Origin: Selaginella moellendorffii
Taxonomy: Eukaryota > Plantae > Lycopodiophyta
Length of the DNA: 64,000 nt
Assembly (NCBI RefSeq): GCF_000143415.4
Contig: NW_003314272.1
Location: forward strand, 716,184 to 780,183
Direction of reading: 5' to 3'
Shown here: one piece after another, positions 47,028 to 59,285 of the stretch
How positions within the stretch are numbered: the first letter of the stretch is position 1
Layout of the letters: every line of letters begins with the position of its first letter
The notes under the pieces: model-generated
Databases searched by the model: none
What the model was told of the DNA's origin: nothing
What the model saw: the letters and a program-made list of their open reading frames with translations, nothing else
Translations under genes and position numbers: made by a program

Positions 47028-48410
47028 TTAGACTGGTTCTTCGTTCTTCGTTAGTGAACTTAGCAAGGGCTGGGAATCGATGGGATGGTTGGCTACAGCG
47101 CTTTGCTGGAAGGCGAGAAAACTGAGAGCAGTGAATAAATCCAGCGTCTTACCATGGATTTTTTTGGCTGGCTCGCGTAAGTAACCCATATCGTTCCCAA
47201 CACCAAAAGAGCTCCACCTATGCACGTAGATATTCTGGAGAAACGAGCTACATTAAGTTCCTGAGACTAGAAAATGGTTTTCATACCCAGGAGGAGGAGA
47301 GACATCGAGCAGCCAGCCAACGACGGATCCAAAGACGGGCTCCAGCGTTACTGCCATGGAGACAAGAAGAGGACTGCAGTACTTAAGGACTGCATTCAAG
47401 CCAGTGTGGCCTACAAATCCCGGGCCGAGTGCCAGGAAAACAACTGGAAACCAAAACTCTGGCACAAGAAACACGGAAGTTGAAAGTCCAAAGGATCGAA
47501 AAGAACAAAAAACCAACCTTTGTTGAACCAGCCAAAAGGGCCGCTTACGTATCCCGGGACTGTTTCTCCATCCACGAAAGCACAAGACAAGCTCAGAAAG
47601 ATGGACGCTCCGGCCGTGACAGGAAAGACATAAATGTAGAGAGGCATCCAAGCTGCACTGCACCACAAACGCGAAATTCATGGAAGTTAGAAGTTATAGT
47701 CTCCATGTATTTCTATACCTCTCAGGTGGCTCCCGGAAACCATGTAGATCACAAAGGCACAGGCTGCTAGAAACGCAGCACAATCACCGACGAGTGTCAC
47801 TTCCGCGTCATTCTCCACCCGGGACATTGCAGCGATGATCACAACGCCGAGAAGCCCCGTGATGATCCCGAAAGTTTCTCCAAGCGACAAAGGCTGGCAA
47901 CGCAGCCAGGAGACCACCGCGAGAATTATGGGCGGCATGGAGACGAGGAGGAGACTATGCGGCAGAGAAGTGTGAAGCAGCGACCAGACCTGAATCGATC
48001 AAGAGAGAACAAGGTGTGAAAAGTATGATCTTGGACGAAAGAACTTACCCAGAGTCCAAAGTGAAGAGCCAGAGCCAATGCGCTTAACACGACCTGGCAT
48101 TGGTACGCGCGGCGGCGCTGCTCGATGGGAAGCCAGCGCCCCTGCCAGACGAATCCAGGGAGAAGGATCAAGGCGGTGGCCTCGAGCCTCCATGCAGCCG
48201 ACGACACCGGCGCGGCATCGCGCATGAGCTTGGTCACCTGTTGTGCATCGAGATCGAGAGAGCATTACGCAAATGGAAAAGAAAATCTCGACAGATCTGT
48301 AGCATTACCGCGCCCGCCGAGGAGATCGCAAACACAGCCAGTACGAGCACGGGGAGAACATACCAAGGCCGCGCGGTGCCAATGCCATCGCCTCCTCCAT
48401 TCCCGGCCAT
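47028..48410 (-). CDS. EamA/DMT-family transporter, multi-exon
   Basis: AISSAGA, SAAWRL, LALHFGLW, TLVGDCAAF, GHTGLN, TLEPVFG; two EamA repeats. Confidence 0.85.
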
Positions 48411-48478
48411 GCCCTGTTTCTAGGGCACTGCTTTCAAGTTTTAGGGCTAAAAAGGAATATAGCATATTAAAAGGGAAT

Positions 48479-48559
48479 CGTCAACAGCAGGGTTCGAACC
48501 TGCGCGGGCAAGCCCAACAGATTTCAAGTCTGTCTCCTTAACCACTCGGACATGTTGAC
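48479..48559 (-). tRNA. tRNA-Ser(UGA)
   Basis: GTCAACA acceptor stem, TCCGAGTGGTTAAGGA D arm, ACAGA-CTTGAAA-TCTGT anticodon arm, long variable arm, GTTCGAA T loop, downstream TTTT. Confidence 0.96.
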
Positions 48560-48636
48560 CTTTCATGCAAGCATTTCGAGATTGGCAAAAACTGTATGGA
48601 AACCCGAATAGCTGGTCTAAGAAAACTCTTACAAGT

Positions 48637-48984
48637 TCACGAGACTAGCCTTTGGCTCCGACGGTGCCTGTTGTGATCGGAAGAGCACAGCAGCAATCCC
48701 CAGAGCGGCCACTTCAGTAACTTCTTTAAAAACCTCGCTAGGCACCGGCAACACGACTCCGGGATGCTAAAATCACTCTCGGACGATGATCTCACGTACG
48801 GCGCCACTCCAAAGATCCTGGAAGAGCTCCTATTGCGGCACCAAGAGCAGGAAGAACACGAGCATGGCGAGTTGGAGTGGGAGGTGAAATCTTCTTCCGC
48901 GTCCAAAGAGTTTGCGTGCTCCAATCTCACCGAGGCGATCACATCGCGCATGCTCGTATACCTTGGCTCGTCCTTCCTCAGCAT
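48637..48984 (-). CDS. Small uncharacterised plant protein with a YTSxRD motif
   Basis: ATG-initiated 115-aa ORF; YTSMRDVI resembles the YTSL(K/R)D motif of a small plant protein family. Confidence 0.4.
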   Translation of the reverse strand: MLRKDEPRYTSMRDVIASVRLEHANSLDAEEDFTSHSNSPCSCSSCSWCRNRSSSRIFGVAPYVRSSSESDFSIPESCCRCLARFLKKLLKWPLWGLLLCSSDHNRHRRSQRLVS

Positions 48985-49129
48985 CAATATTTTTGATCTT
49001 GGGTGGCAAAAATAGGATCTATCACGATTTAGGGATATAGTTATTTAGGGCAATTGATAGGGTTAGAAGGGGTAAAGTATAAAGATGATGTCACTAGGGT
49101 TTATGGGATATTCTAGGGTTTAAGGGTGG

Positions 49130-51205
49130 ATGAAAGCCCTGGTCCCGGGGGCGATGGCGGGAGGAGCGGGGCGAGTGGCGCTGGCGCGGGGCAACTCGAT
49201 CCTCTTGTGCCAGGGCAGCGGCAATGGATTCGATGTGAGCTCGGTAGGATTTCACAGCCAGGCGCAGCTGCATTGCGAAGAATCGCCGTGGACGGGGCTG
49301 GATCCCGACGACGCCGCCCCGGAGGATCGCGAGGCGGCGGATTATCAGCTCCAGCTGCTCCAGCAGAGGGGATTCTTGTTCCGGACGGAGACGTGCAATG
49401 CGCTGCTGTCGGGCCTGGTGTCGGCGCGCAAGCACGATCAAGCGCTGCGGCTCTTCAAGGAGGTCCTGGCGGGGCTGTTTGCGCCCAACGCTCACACCTA
49501 CAATGTGCTCATCCGGGGCTTCTGCAAGGGCGGGCAAATGCACCAGGCGGTGAGCGTCTTCTCCGACATGAAATCCAGTGGCTTGCTTCCAAACGCCAGC
49601 ACCATGAACACGCTGCTCCTGGGGCTCTGTGAGATCGGCCAGATGTCCAGCGCTCTCAAGCTCTTCCGGGAGATGCAAGCCGGGCCTTTCCTCCCGACTA
49701 GCGCCTCGCACAACATCCTCTTGCGGGGTTTTTTCATGGCCGGGAGGGTGAGGGATGCGCTCGCTCACCTCCAGGATATGAGGAAGAGCTCGAGCTCGGT
49801 GGCAACTGGAACTTACAACCTGGTTCTCAAGGGGCTGTGCTGGGAGAACAAGTCGGCCAACCGGCTCGAGCAGGCGATGGAGTTTTTCAAGGAGATGAAG
49901 GCTAGTGGTGTGGAGCCCGACCTTGAGAGCTACCATATACTTCTCTCGGCTTTGTCCGACTCTGGAAGGATGGCCGAGGCGCACGCTCTCTTTTCGGCAA
50001 TGACGTGCTCTCCGGACATCATGACTTACAACGTTCTCATGGATGGGTATTGCAAGATTGGCCAGACTTACGAGGCGCAGAGCCTGATGAAGGAGATACT
50101 CAAAGCCGGGTACGAGCCAAACGTTTTCACTTACAGCATCATCATCAACTGCTACTGCAAATTGGATAAGGTTGAAGAGGCCTGGGAGGTATTCATGAAG
50201 ATGATCGAGAGTAACTGTGTTCCAAATGCCGTCACCTTCAACACTCTTATTGCCGGGTTCTGCAAGGCTGGGATGCTCGAGGACGCTATCAAGCTCTTCG
50301 CTGAGATGGAGAAAATTGGGTGCAAGGCAACTATAGTCACGTATAATACTCTGATCGACAGCCTTTGCAAAAAGAGGGGAGGAGTTTACACGGCTGTCGA
50401 CCTTTTCAACAAGCTCGAGGGAGCTGGCCTTACTCCCACTATTGTCACGTACAACTCTCTCATCCAGGGGTTTTGTGACGCGAGGCGGCTATCCGAGGCA
50501 ATGCAGTACTTTGACGAGATGGAAGGGAAGTGTGCACCAAACGTAATAACTTACAGCATCCTCATCGACGGCCTTTGCAAGGTGCGAAGAATGAAGGAAG
50601 CGGCGAAAACACTGGAGGACATGAAAGCTCACGGCTACACTCCAACCGTGGTCACTTACGGGGGCCTCATCAACGGGTTTTGCAAGTGTGGAGAGCTGAA
50701 AAGCGCGCTCCTGTTCTTTGAGAAGATGAAGCTCGCCGGCTGCGCTCCGAACACGGTGATTTTCAACACGCTCATCGATGGTCTGTGCAAAGCGGAAAGA
50801 GCAAACGATGGCCTCCGCCTCCTGTGTCATATGCACGCCGAAGGCTGCAAACCGGACGTTATCACTTACAACTGCCTCATCTCCGGGCTTTGCAGCGCCA
50901 ACAGAGTCGAAGACGCTCAGAGGCTTTTCGATGGGATGGCCTGTGCTCCAAACGTGACGACGTTCAACTTTTTAATCCGGGGACTGTGCGCGCAAAAGAA
51001 GGTGGAGGAAGCGAGAAACATACTGGACCGGATGACCGCTCCGGACATGACGACGTTCAACACAATCATCCTGGCATTTTGCAAGGCCGGAGCGATGCAT
51101 GACGCGAGGGAAGTTATGAAGGACATGCTCAAGCACGGCTTCTATCCCAACACGTATACCACCTATGCTCTCGCTCATGGGATTCAGAGTTCTAAAGGCA
51201 AGTGA
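49130..51205 (+). CDS. P-class PPR protein
   Basis: Tandem 35-aa repeats (PNVITYSILIDGLCK). Confidence 0.96.
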   Translation: MKALVPGAMAGGAGRVALARGNSILLCQGSGNGFDVSSVGFHSQAQLHCEESPWTGLDPDDAAPEDREAADYQLQLLQQRGFLFRTETCNALLSGLVSARKHDQALRLFKEVLAGLFAPNAHTYNVLIRGFCKGGQMHQAVSVFSDMKSSGLLPNASTMNTLLLGLCEIGQMSSALKLFREMQAGPFLPTSASHNILLRGFFMAGRVRDALAHLQDMRKSSSSVATGTYNLVLKGLCWENKSANRLEQAMEFFKEMKASGVEPDLESYHILLSALSDSGRMAEAHALFSAMTCSPDIMTYNVLMDGYCKIGQTYEAQSLMKEILKAGYEPNVFTYSIIINCYCKLDKVEEAWEVFMKMIESNCVPNAVTFNTLIAGFCKAGMLEDAIKLFAEMEKIGCKATIVTYNTLIDSLCKKRGGVYTAVDLFNKLEGAGLTPTIVTYNSLIQGFCDARRLSEAMQYFDEMEGKCAPNVITYSILIDGLCKVRRMKEAAKTLEDMKAHGYTPTVVTYGGLINGFCKCGELKSALLFFEKMKLAGCAPNTVIFNTLIDGLCKAERANDGLRLLCHMHAEGCKPDVITYNCLISGLCSANRVEDAQRLFDGMACAPNVTTFNFLIRGLCAQKKVEEARNILDRMTAPDMTTFNTIILAFCKAGAMHDAREVMKDMLKHGFYPNTYTTYALAHGIQSSKGK

Positions 51206-52056
51206 TGGACCACGCGCAGCAGACTTGATGCCGTCCAGCAGAAAAAAAAGCTGTTTCTTTCTTCAGTAGGCGGCTCGGGAAGTTACAAGCAGCTCTCGGT
51301 AAGGTATTCTTCTTTGCTTGCATTATTCGATCTTAATTTTGTTTTTGCAGCCTCAGCCTGAAGGCGGTTTGAAATATCCGATTCAGTTCGTTCTAGAAGT
51401 CAGGCTTCACTCGCGGATACACCAGAGCCACAAGGTGAGGAGTCATTTCGATGCCTTTTGAGGCGGTTGATTTTGACTGTAGATCGATTTCACTGGGTTG
51501 ACTTTTGTCTCCATGGACAAATTGTAGGTGTTGTTTCCGAGTTGGAAGTCTTACGGGAGGAGCCCGCCGGTCATCGTGTCGAGAGCGAACGTTTGAGTAG
51601 GTATTGACGATTTTCTGGCAGTAATGACACAGTTGTTTTCAGGAATCGGAGGGTGTTTGTGTGGTTTAGAGTTGCCTCGTTCCAGTACACTCGAAGGTTT
51701 TCTCTCATGATCTGCCGGTGAGCGGTCCCCCAAGCTAAAACTTATCTTTTTTTTTTCATCAGGTCTCAACCAACCAGCCACCACAGCCAATGGCAGCTTG
51801 GCACGTTGGCACGGGTTCGCCAGCCCCTTTGACATGCTGATGCGTGTGCCGGATGGAATGTTGGCGTCTTTCCAATATAAATTGGACTGGCAGCGCTCAA
51901 GGTTTTCATCTCGAGCCAAGCTTCTGAGCCAGCAGTACAGGGGCTGGACGGACTTGAAAGGCATTTTTCTCCAGTTCCATTTCAAGTGAGCACGTTGGAA
52001 GCATTTATTCTCCTCTGTGGCGTTCTTTCTAACTCGGAGTTGTCCCAGGATTCGAC

Positions 52057-53723
52057 ATGGCCGACTTAAAGTACTCGCGGCTCTTCCGGTTCGGCCTCGT
52101 GGAGAATTGCTCATCTGAAGGACGTGGAATGCACACAGTTGCGGCGGATTTGGATGGTACACTGCTCAGAGGCAGAAGCTCGTTTCCATACTTCCTGCTG
52201 GTGGCTCTTGAAGGAGGTAGCCTCTTCAGAGCAGTTGTTCTCGGACTTTTGGCCCCTATCGCCTGGCTGCTTTACCACTTCGTCTCGGAGGCAGCAGCAA
52301 TTCAACTTCTCATCTATGTCTCTTTTTCGGGGCAGAAGGTGTCCGAGATTGAGAAGGTGGCAACGGCGGTTCTGCCGAAGTTTTACTCCCAGGACGTCCA
52401 CAGTGATGCTTTCAGAGTTTTCTCGTCCTGCGGGAAGAAGTATGTCATCACTGCCAATCCTCGGATCATGGTGGAGTATTTCTGCAAGGCCTTCCTTGGC
52501 GCGGACAAAGTTATTGGGACGGAAATCGAAGTGGACGATGATGGACGTGCTACAGGCTTCGTCAAGTTCCCAGGTGTGCTCGTGAGTCAAAACAAGAGGA
52601 CCGCCTTGAAGCTCGAGTTCGTGGACGGGGAGCTTCCCGAGATCGGACTCGGCGATCGAGAAACCGACTTCGCCTTCATGTCGCTTTGCAAGGTAAGCGC
52701 ACTCTTTCCATATCATATACATATTTTGCATTTCGAGCATATAATACTTAGCTCTGCCTCTTTCGTGCTGCTTTAACTGTTGAGGGGTGCCAGGATTTGC
52801 GTGACACTCCAGAATCAGTTACGAGAAGCGAGTTTTCTAACTCTGGTTGTAACCGTGTGATACAGGAAGCTTACGTTGTTCCCAAGAGGAAGGTTGACGC
52901 AGTGGACGGCAGCGCTCTGGCGCAGCGCGTGATCTTCCATGATGGTAGGCTGGTCCAGCTCCCAACGCCGTTCGTGGCGCTCGTCACTTTCCTCTGGCTC
53001 CCTATCGGCTTCGCGCTCGCAGTGCTCCGGATCGGCCTCACCTCCCGTTGCCCCCGAAAGTACATGGGAATGATCTACGCCATCCTCGGCGTCCGCCGCA
53101 TCACCAAAGGCAAAGTTCCTCGCAAACAAGACGGCAGGGGGCTCCTCTTCGTGTGCAACCACAGGACTCTGGTGGATCCCATCTTCGTGGGATTGGCCGC
53201 CGAGAGGGACGTGACCGGGCTCACTTACAGCATCAGCCGGGTGTCCGAGGTGCTATCGCCCATCGTCACGGTCCGGCTGACGAGAGACAAGCAGCGCGAC
53301 TTTACGAAGATGAAGTCGCTGCTGGAGAGGGGGAGGGACCTGTGCCTGTGTCCGGAGGGGACGACTTGCCGGGAGCCTTTCTTGCTGCGATTCAGCGCTC
53401 TCTTCACCGAGCTCACGCACAGGATCGTCCCGGCGGCCGTGAAGACGAGGCAGAGCATGTTTAACGGGACGGCGGTGCGGGGGTGGAAGGGGATGGATCC
53501 ATTCTTCTTCTTCATGAATCCATTCCCGACGTACGAGGTGGAGTTTTTGGAGGAGCTCCCCGTGGAGATGAGCGTCCAAAAGGGCGGCAAGAGCTCGTTC
53601 GAGACGGCCAATTTCATCCAGAAGATGCTGGGCGACAAGCTGGGATACGAGTGCACGACCTTCACCCGCAAGGACAAGTACCTGATGCTCAATGGCAGCG
53701 ATGGAACAGTCCCCACGAAATAG
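52057..53723 (+). CDS. GPAT: sn-2 glycerol-3-phosphate acyltransferase A, HAD phosphatase motifs intact (exons 52057-52692, 52866-53723)
   Basis: [42 protein letters not shown]. Confidence 0.95.
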
Positions 53724-54888
53724 GAAGGGGTTGGAAAAGAAAACAAGATGGAACCGTTGACTGGTGTTGACTTGAATTGACTAGAGTTGACGGTTGAATT
53801 TTTTTTTTTTGGTGTTGGCTGGCTATCTAGCTTGCACTAGTAAATGCTAAAGGTTTTTCAAGCAGGCAGGCGATTTTAATCCTTCCACATGGGTGGGACA
53901 GAAAATATTGACTTCGTTCATTTAAAGGGGGCAAAGGTTTTAGGGCACGGAGGGGTGGTCTAGGGCACGGAAGCGAGCTGGCATCCTCACACAGGCAGCA
54001 TGGCGTCCGGCCGGCGGTACGGCGCTCGTGTCTCGCATTGCCAGCGAAATGCCACTCCCAACCTCCGCCACCTTTTCTCTCTCCTGGAGTTCTTCTGCCA
54101 CCTTTCCGAACTGAACAAATGTGTTAGAGGAATCAAAGATCCAACACACCGAAACTTCGTTTTTGTTTTCTTCTTGCCTGGTCTTTGTGGAGGCGAAGAA
54201 AAAAAGGAAGCGAGAGAGTCTTTGTACCTTTGGGAATCAAACTGCTATTGCGTCGAGAACTTTTGCACAACTTTTACGCTGTCTATGTAATAGCTATCGT
54301 TGAAATCTCCAATTGCCCGCAGGCATATTCCCCCGACATATTCTATACGCAACTGTATCCACCAAATGCAGGTACGTATAATGTCGCCAGCCCAGCCAAA
54401 TCGACCGGGTTGGCATTTTCACGGCCAGGGGTCAATCCGGCGGTCAGTTCCATAACTCACTCGCCACTCGCGCCGCGACACGTGGCCCGCGTAAACGGCC
54501 CCGCCCCGGCGGCATTTAAAGTGCACTAAACTCCCACTCTTTCCCTCGTGCTCATGTCATACTAGCCAAAGCCGTCGACGACATAGCCTATTGCGCGGCC
54601 TACAAATTCTTTCCCAGCTCTCTCTCTATCATGTCGCCATAGCTAGGGATACACTACCTTCTTGCGCCTTCTCTGTTCTTCTTTCTCGGCTTGCGGCGCT
54701 CGATCTCCAATCTTTACAGTGGAAATCTCACTCGCGGCGGCGACGAGCGAGCTCCTATTCTATCGATCGGCGCCGGCCGATCGTCCCGCGCGCCTTGAGG
54801 TATCGATCCTGGAGCTGGAAATTTCGGGCAATGCAGGTGATCTAACGTTGCTCCTGGCTTGCAGCGCTAGCTAGACGCGGCGGCAAGG

Positions 54889-56786
54889 ATGTCGCTCGAC
54901 GGCGGCAAGGTCACGGATTCTTTCCTGGTAGATGCTCCATTCGAGCCGGTGGAGCGATGCTCGTCGGCGGGGCGTGAGAAGCAGACGTGCGTGGCGGATT
55001 TCGACGGTACTCTCATCCGCGGCCGGAGCTCCTTCCCGTATTTCATGCTGGTGGCGCTAGAGGGAGGAGGCCTCATCCGGAGCGTGATTCTTGGCCTCTT
55101 CGCGCCGCTCGCCTGGATCCTCTACCATTTCGTCTCGGAATCCGCCGGCATCCGCCTCCTCATCTTCATCTCCTTCGCCGGGATGAAGGCCAAGCAGATC
55201 GAGTCGGTGTCGCGCGCCGTGCTGCCCAAATTCTACTCGGAGGACGTCCACAGCGAGGCCTACCGAGTGTTCTCCTCGTGCGGCAAGCGTGTGGTGGTGA
55301 CCGCCAATCCCCGGATCATGGTGGAGCACTTCGCCAAGACGTGCCTGGGGGCGGACAAGGTGCTGGGGACCGAGATTGAGGTGACGAGGAGTGGCTACGC
55401 GACGGGATTCCTCAAGCGGCCGGGAGTTCTCGTGGGGGTCAACAAGCGCAAGGCTGTGAGGCAGGAATTCGGCGAGCATTTGCCCCATGTCGGCATTGGC
55501 GATCGAGCCACGGACTTTGCTTTCATGGCGCTCTGCAAGGTACTTATCTCGAATCCAATCCCGCTCTGCTTGGTGGGTGGAGTGGTTGCTTAGTTCTCGA
55601 TCGAGCTCGATGCATTAGATCAACACTCTGGGCATTGTTTTCGATCGATGATCCATCCCTGCAATTGCTGCATGAGTGGATGATTCTCTTGTTTCTTTTG
55701 TTTATCTTTTTTCCTTGTCTCATGCACACATTCTTACAAGCGCACTAGCACTAGCCTAAAAGAATCTCTTCCAAGCAGCAGTAGAAACTTCTTTCCAGTC
55801 AACTAACGAACCCATTTGCTGACCACTATCAGGAAGCATACGTCGTCCCACCCTCCAAAGTGGAGGCGCTGAGCCGAGACAAGCTCGTCAAGCCCGTCGT
55901 CTTCCACGACGGCCGCCTCGTCCAGCGGCCCACGCCCTTGACCGCCCTCGTCACCTTCCTGTGGCTGCCCGTCAGCTTCGTGCTGGCGGTCTTCCGGATC
56001 ATGGTCACGGTACCCTGCCCGCGCGAGTACGTGACCATCGTCTACAAGCTCGTCGGCATCCGGCTCATCGTCAAGGGGCCGATCCCGCCGCCCAAGAAGC
56101 GGGGCGAGTCCGGCGTGCTCTTCGTCTCCAGCCACAGGACACTGTGCGATCCGGTGTTCGTGGGGGTCGGGGCCCGGCGGGAGGTGACGGCGCTCACCTA
56201 CAGCATCAGCAGGGTGTCGGAGTTCCTGTCCCCGATTAAGACGGTGGGCCTGTCCAGGGACCGCGAGAGGGACGCGGCCAAGATCAAGGCGCTGCTCCAG
56301 AAGGGGGACCTGTGCATCTGTCCCGAGGGAACCACCTGCCGCGAGCCATTCCTTTTGCGATTCAGCGCACTGTTCGCGGAGCTGACTGACAAGATCGTGC
56401 CGGTGGCGCTGTGCACGAAGGGGAGCACTTTCCACGGGACAACGGTGCGCGGGTGGAAGGGGTTGGATCCATTCTTCTTCTTCATGAATCCCTTCCCGAC
56501 GTACGAGGTGACGTTCCTCCAGCAGCTCCCGCCGGAGTTGACGGTCCAGCAGGGCGGCAAGAGCGCGATCGAGGTGGCGAATCACATCCAGCGGGTGATC
56601 GCGGACACGCTGGGATTCGAGTGCACGAACTTCACCCGCAAGGACAAGTACGGGATGCTGGCGGGGAACGACGGCACCGTGCCGGAGAGGCGGAGGAGCG
56701 GCGGCGGAGGTGGCGGCGCCGCCAAGGATCTCCCGGAGGACGAGCAAGCGGCCCAGGGGCAAGACCAGGTAAATGGCTGTAGCTAA
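54889..56786 (+). CDS. GPAT: sn-2 GPAT B, HAD phosphatase motifs intact (exons 54889-55539, 55833-56786)
   Basis: [33 protein letters not shown]. Confidence 0.95.
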
Positions 56787-57481
56787 GATTGATTTGCGAG
56801 GATCGTGGATCCATGCCATGGGTCGGGTCTCACGCGCTCCTTCGTTATAAGTGAATGTAAGCTAAGCTACTGGCTTGCTCTCTCGATTGACTCATCAGGA
56901 ATAGATCGATCGGGTGGAGAGCATCGTGATCGATAGGAGAGTAAAGAGAAGGTCTGTCCTCTCTTGTGTCCATGCGCTTGTCCACGAAGCGAACTAGAAA
57001 AGCTTGAAAGCGACGAAGCGAAGGAAAGAAAGAGATGGCGCTAGCTGTAAACCAAGCCGAGAGGGACAGCAATTAATGTATCCTTTTGGTGGGTAGCGAA
57101 ACGAAACCACAGAGGGTGCCAAGTCCTGTTCTTACGTATATATACTACTACCTAGTCTTTGAATGCTGTCACATGATATCTAATTTATCACATTGCTTTG
57201 ATAAAATCACTTATGTAACGTGGTACCTACTTGATCTTGGACCGGTATAAATTGCCATTGTCAGGGTTCTGGGCGAGTGTCTTTAATCATACGTCCACTC
57301 CTCCAAAGGACACGACATTGATAGAAAACCCTAAATTCCCACCAACTTTCGGACAGAAGCCCTAAAAACATATAACGAAATAAAAAAATATCATATCATT
57401 TCCTTTTTTTATCTTTCTCTGTCCCTCTCCCTGTCCAGAGTAATCACACTACACACACAAACTAAAGAGAAGAGAGAGCTG

Positions 57482-58660
57482 CTACAAGCGCTTGAGGCTC
57501 TTCTTCCTTACATCCATCTTCTTCTTGTCTACCTGGAGCTTGAGCGTTCCAACGTCGCCCTTTGGCTTCTTGGCGCTGGGGGACGGGCAGGCCGACGATG
57601 GCGCCTCGCCCCCCGCGGCGTTGCAGCCCGCGTCCGCGCCGCTCGTGTCCTTGTTGGCGGTGTTGAGCGTGAGAGGGATGTGGATCTCCTCCGCGTTGCT
57701 GTTCACCACTGTCGACTCGGCTATGGCGACTTTGTTCGTCCTGGGCTTGGACTTCATCGCGTGGATGTTGGTCATTAATCTGCCAGAGAGAAAAGAACAG
57801 GAAAGGAACGTGAGAGAATCATGAAAAAGCCTGAAATGTAGTACACCACTTACCTGGCGTGCTTTGCGTAGCCCTCGTAATCCTCCATCAGCATCTTTCC
57901 AGCGTCTTCATTGAGCGCCGACTCTGGAAACGGCTCTATGAGCAAGCAGCGCACGACCTGGAGGTGGAGTGACACATTGTTTCGTTATATTCTCGTCTGG
58001 AAAGGAAGCGTCACCAACGCAAAAGTGTGGGGTTACTTACGAGAAGAACATGCCTCAAGCCGAGCGTGGGCTTCCAATCTTTCTTCAAAACGTTCACGCA
58101 AATCTCTCCGTTTTTTGCAATGTTTGGATGGAAGATCTTGGTGACAAAGTATCCTACAGAAGAAGAAAAAAAACGAAAACGCTCGAGTTGAAAGCCAGGA
58201 GTCACTAAAAAATGTACCTTTGGGAGGCGTTTGGGGGAAGTCGGGGCTAAGCAACAATCTGATCCGGAAGACGCCACTTTCGTACGGTGTTCCGGCTGAA
58301 GCGCCAAAACCACTACAGGAATCAGTCGAGCAGACGAAGAATAACAAACAAAAAATCCTTACGTGGTCCCTCAATATCTGCGAAAATGCTCGAGAAGTTG
58401 TCGTCATTTACATGAACACGGATGTCCTCTGGAGGGCTCTCGTCTAGGCTCTTGAGCTCCTTTGCAAGCGCTCGGATTACCTTGGGAGGTAAGTTCTCAG
58501 CCTAAGAAAAAAAAAAAAAACAAATCCAAAGCGGCCTTTTGAGATTGAGCTTTCGAAAAGACGCTACCATCTACATCCCTAGAGCAACAATCCAAACAAA
58601 GCAGCTCACACACACACAGCCACATGTTTTGGGGCACAGCGAGAGAGATTTACTTACCAT
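57482..58660 (-). CDS. UBC22: Ubiquitin-conjugating enzyme UBE2S/UBC22, multi-exon; first coding exon is ATG only
   Basis: [28 protein letters not shown], basic C-terminus KKSLKRL. Confidence 0.93.
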
Positions 58661-59064
58661 GAACGGATCGAAACCCTAGAAACACGCCTGGAATCTGGAT
58701 GAGCACCAGAATCGACGCCAACCCCCGGCGCCCCTAAATCCCTAGAATCTCCGGCTCATCGGCCGCGGCGGCGGCGGGGACAGCGCCAGTGGCGAATCGA
58801 TGGAGCGGCGCGCTCGCTGTGCACGGACGATCCAGCCAGACACCGCAATCCCTTGCTTGCTGCATGCGATGGAATGGACTACCTAGCCGCCATAGCCAAA
58901 AGAACGAATTTTCTTCTCGCGAGAGCGAATGCCCTGTGCGTGTATTTTTCGAGAAGTGGAAGTACCACCGACTGCATACCAGAATATGCCACCGCCAGCT
59001 GGACATTCGTACGGGACATTCCGTCGGACGTGGCATATTCCACACCGGGCGGAATGGGTACCGG

Positions 59065-59112
59065 TAACGGCCACTGGAAAAAGTAGCCGTTTGTAAACAC
59101 AGTTAACGGACG
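59065..59112. promoter_or_regulatory. Cluster of three AACGG (MSA-like) cores in the UBC22/AUG1 divergent promoter
   Basis: taacggcc (~59065), agccgttt (~59084), taacggac (~59104). Confidence 0.5.
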
Positions 59113-59285
59113 TCTCTAGTGGTAACTAGAATTTCACCGGCGAGGGTTCGAATCCATAGAAAAGACAGAGCGCTGGTTCGAATCCTGCGAGAAAAGTTGA
59201 AGATCGCGTGTTCGAATCTCTGGAGATGGCACTATATGTCTTGGTGTTTGAAAATATTTTTTGGAGGGTTTTTACGAGCTAGGCT

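Noticed and set aside
51551-52162. 203-aa minus-strand ORF
   Set aside because: No motifs; overlaps the PPR 3' UTR region and the GPAT A start.
55803-56819. Long antisense ORFs over GPAT B (similar ones at 49094-49984 and 62087-62956)
   Set aside because: Antisense shadows of high-GC3 genes.
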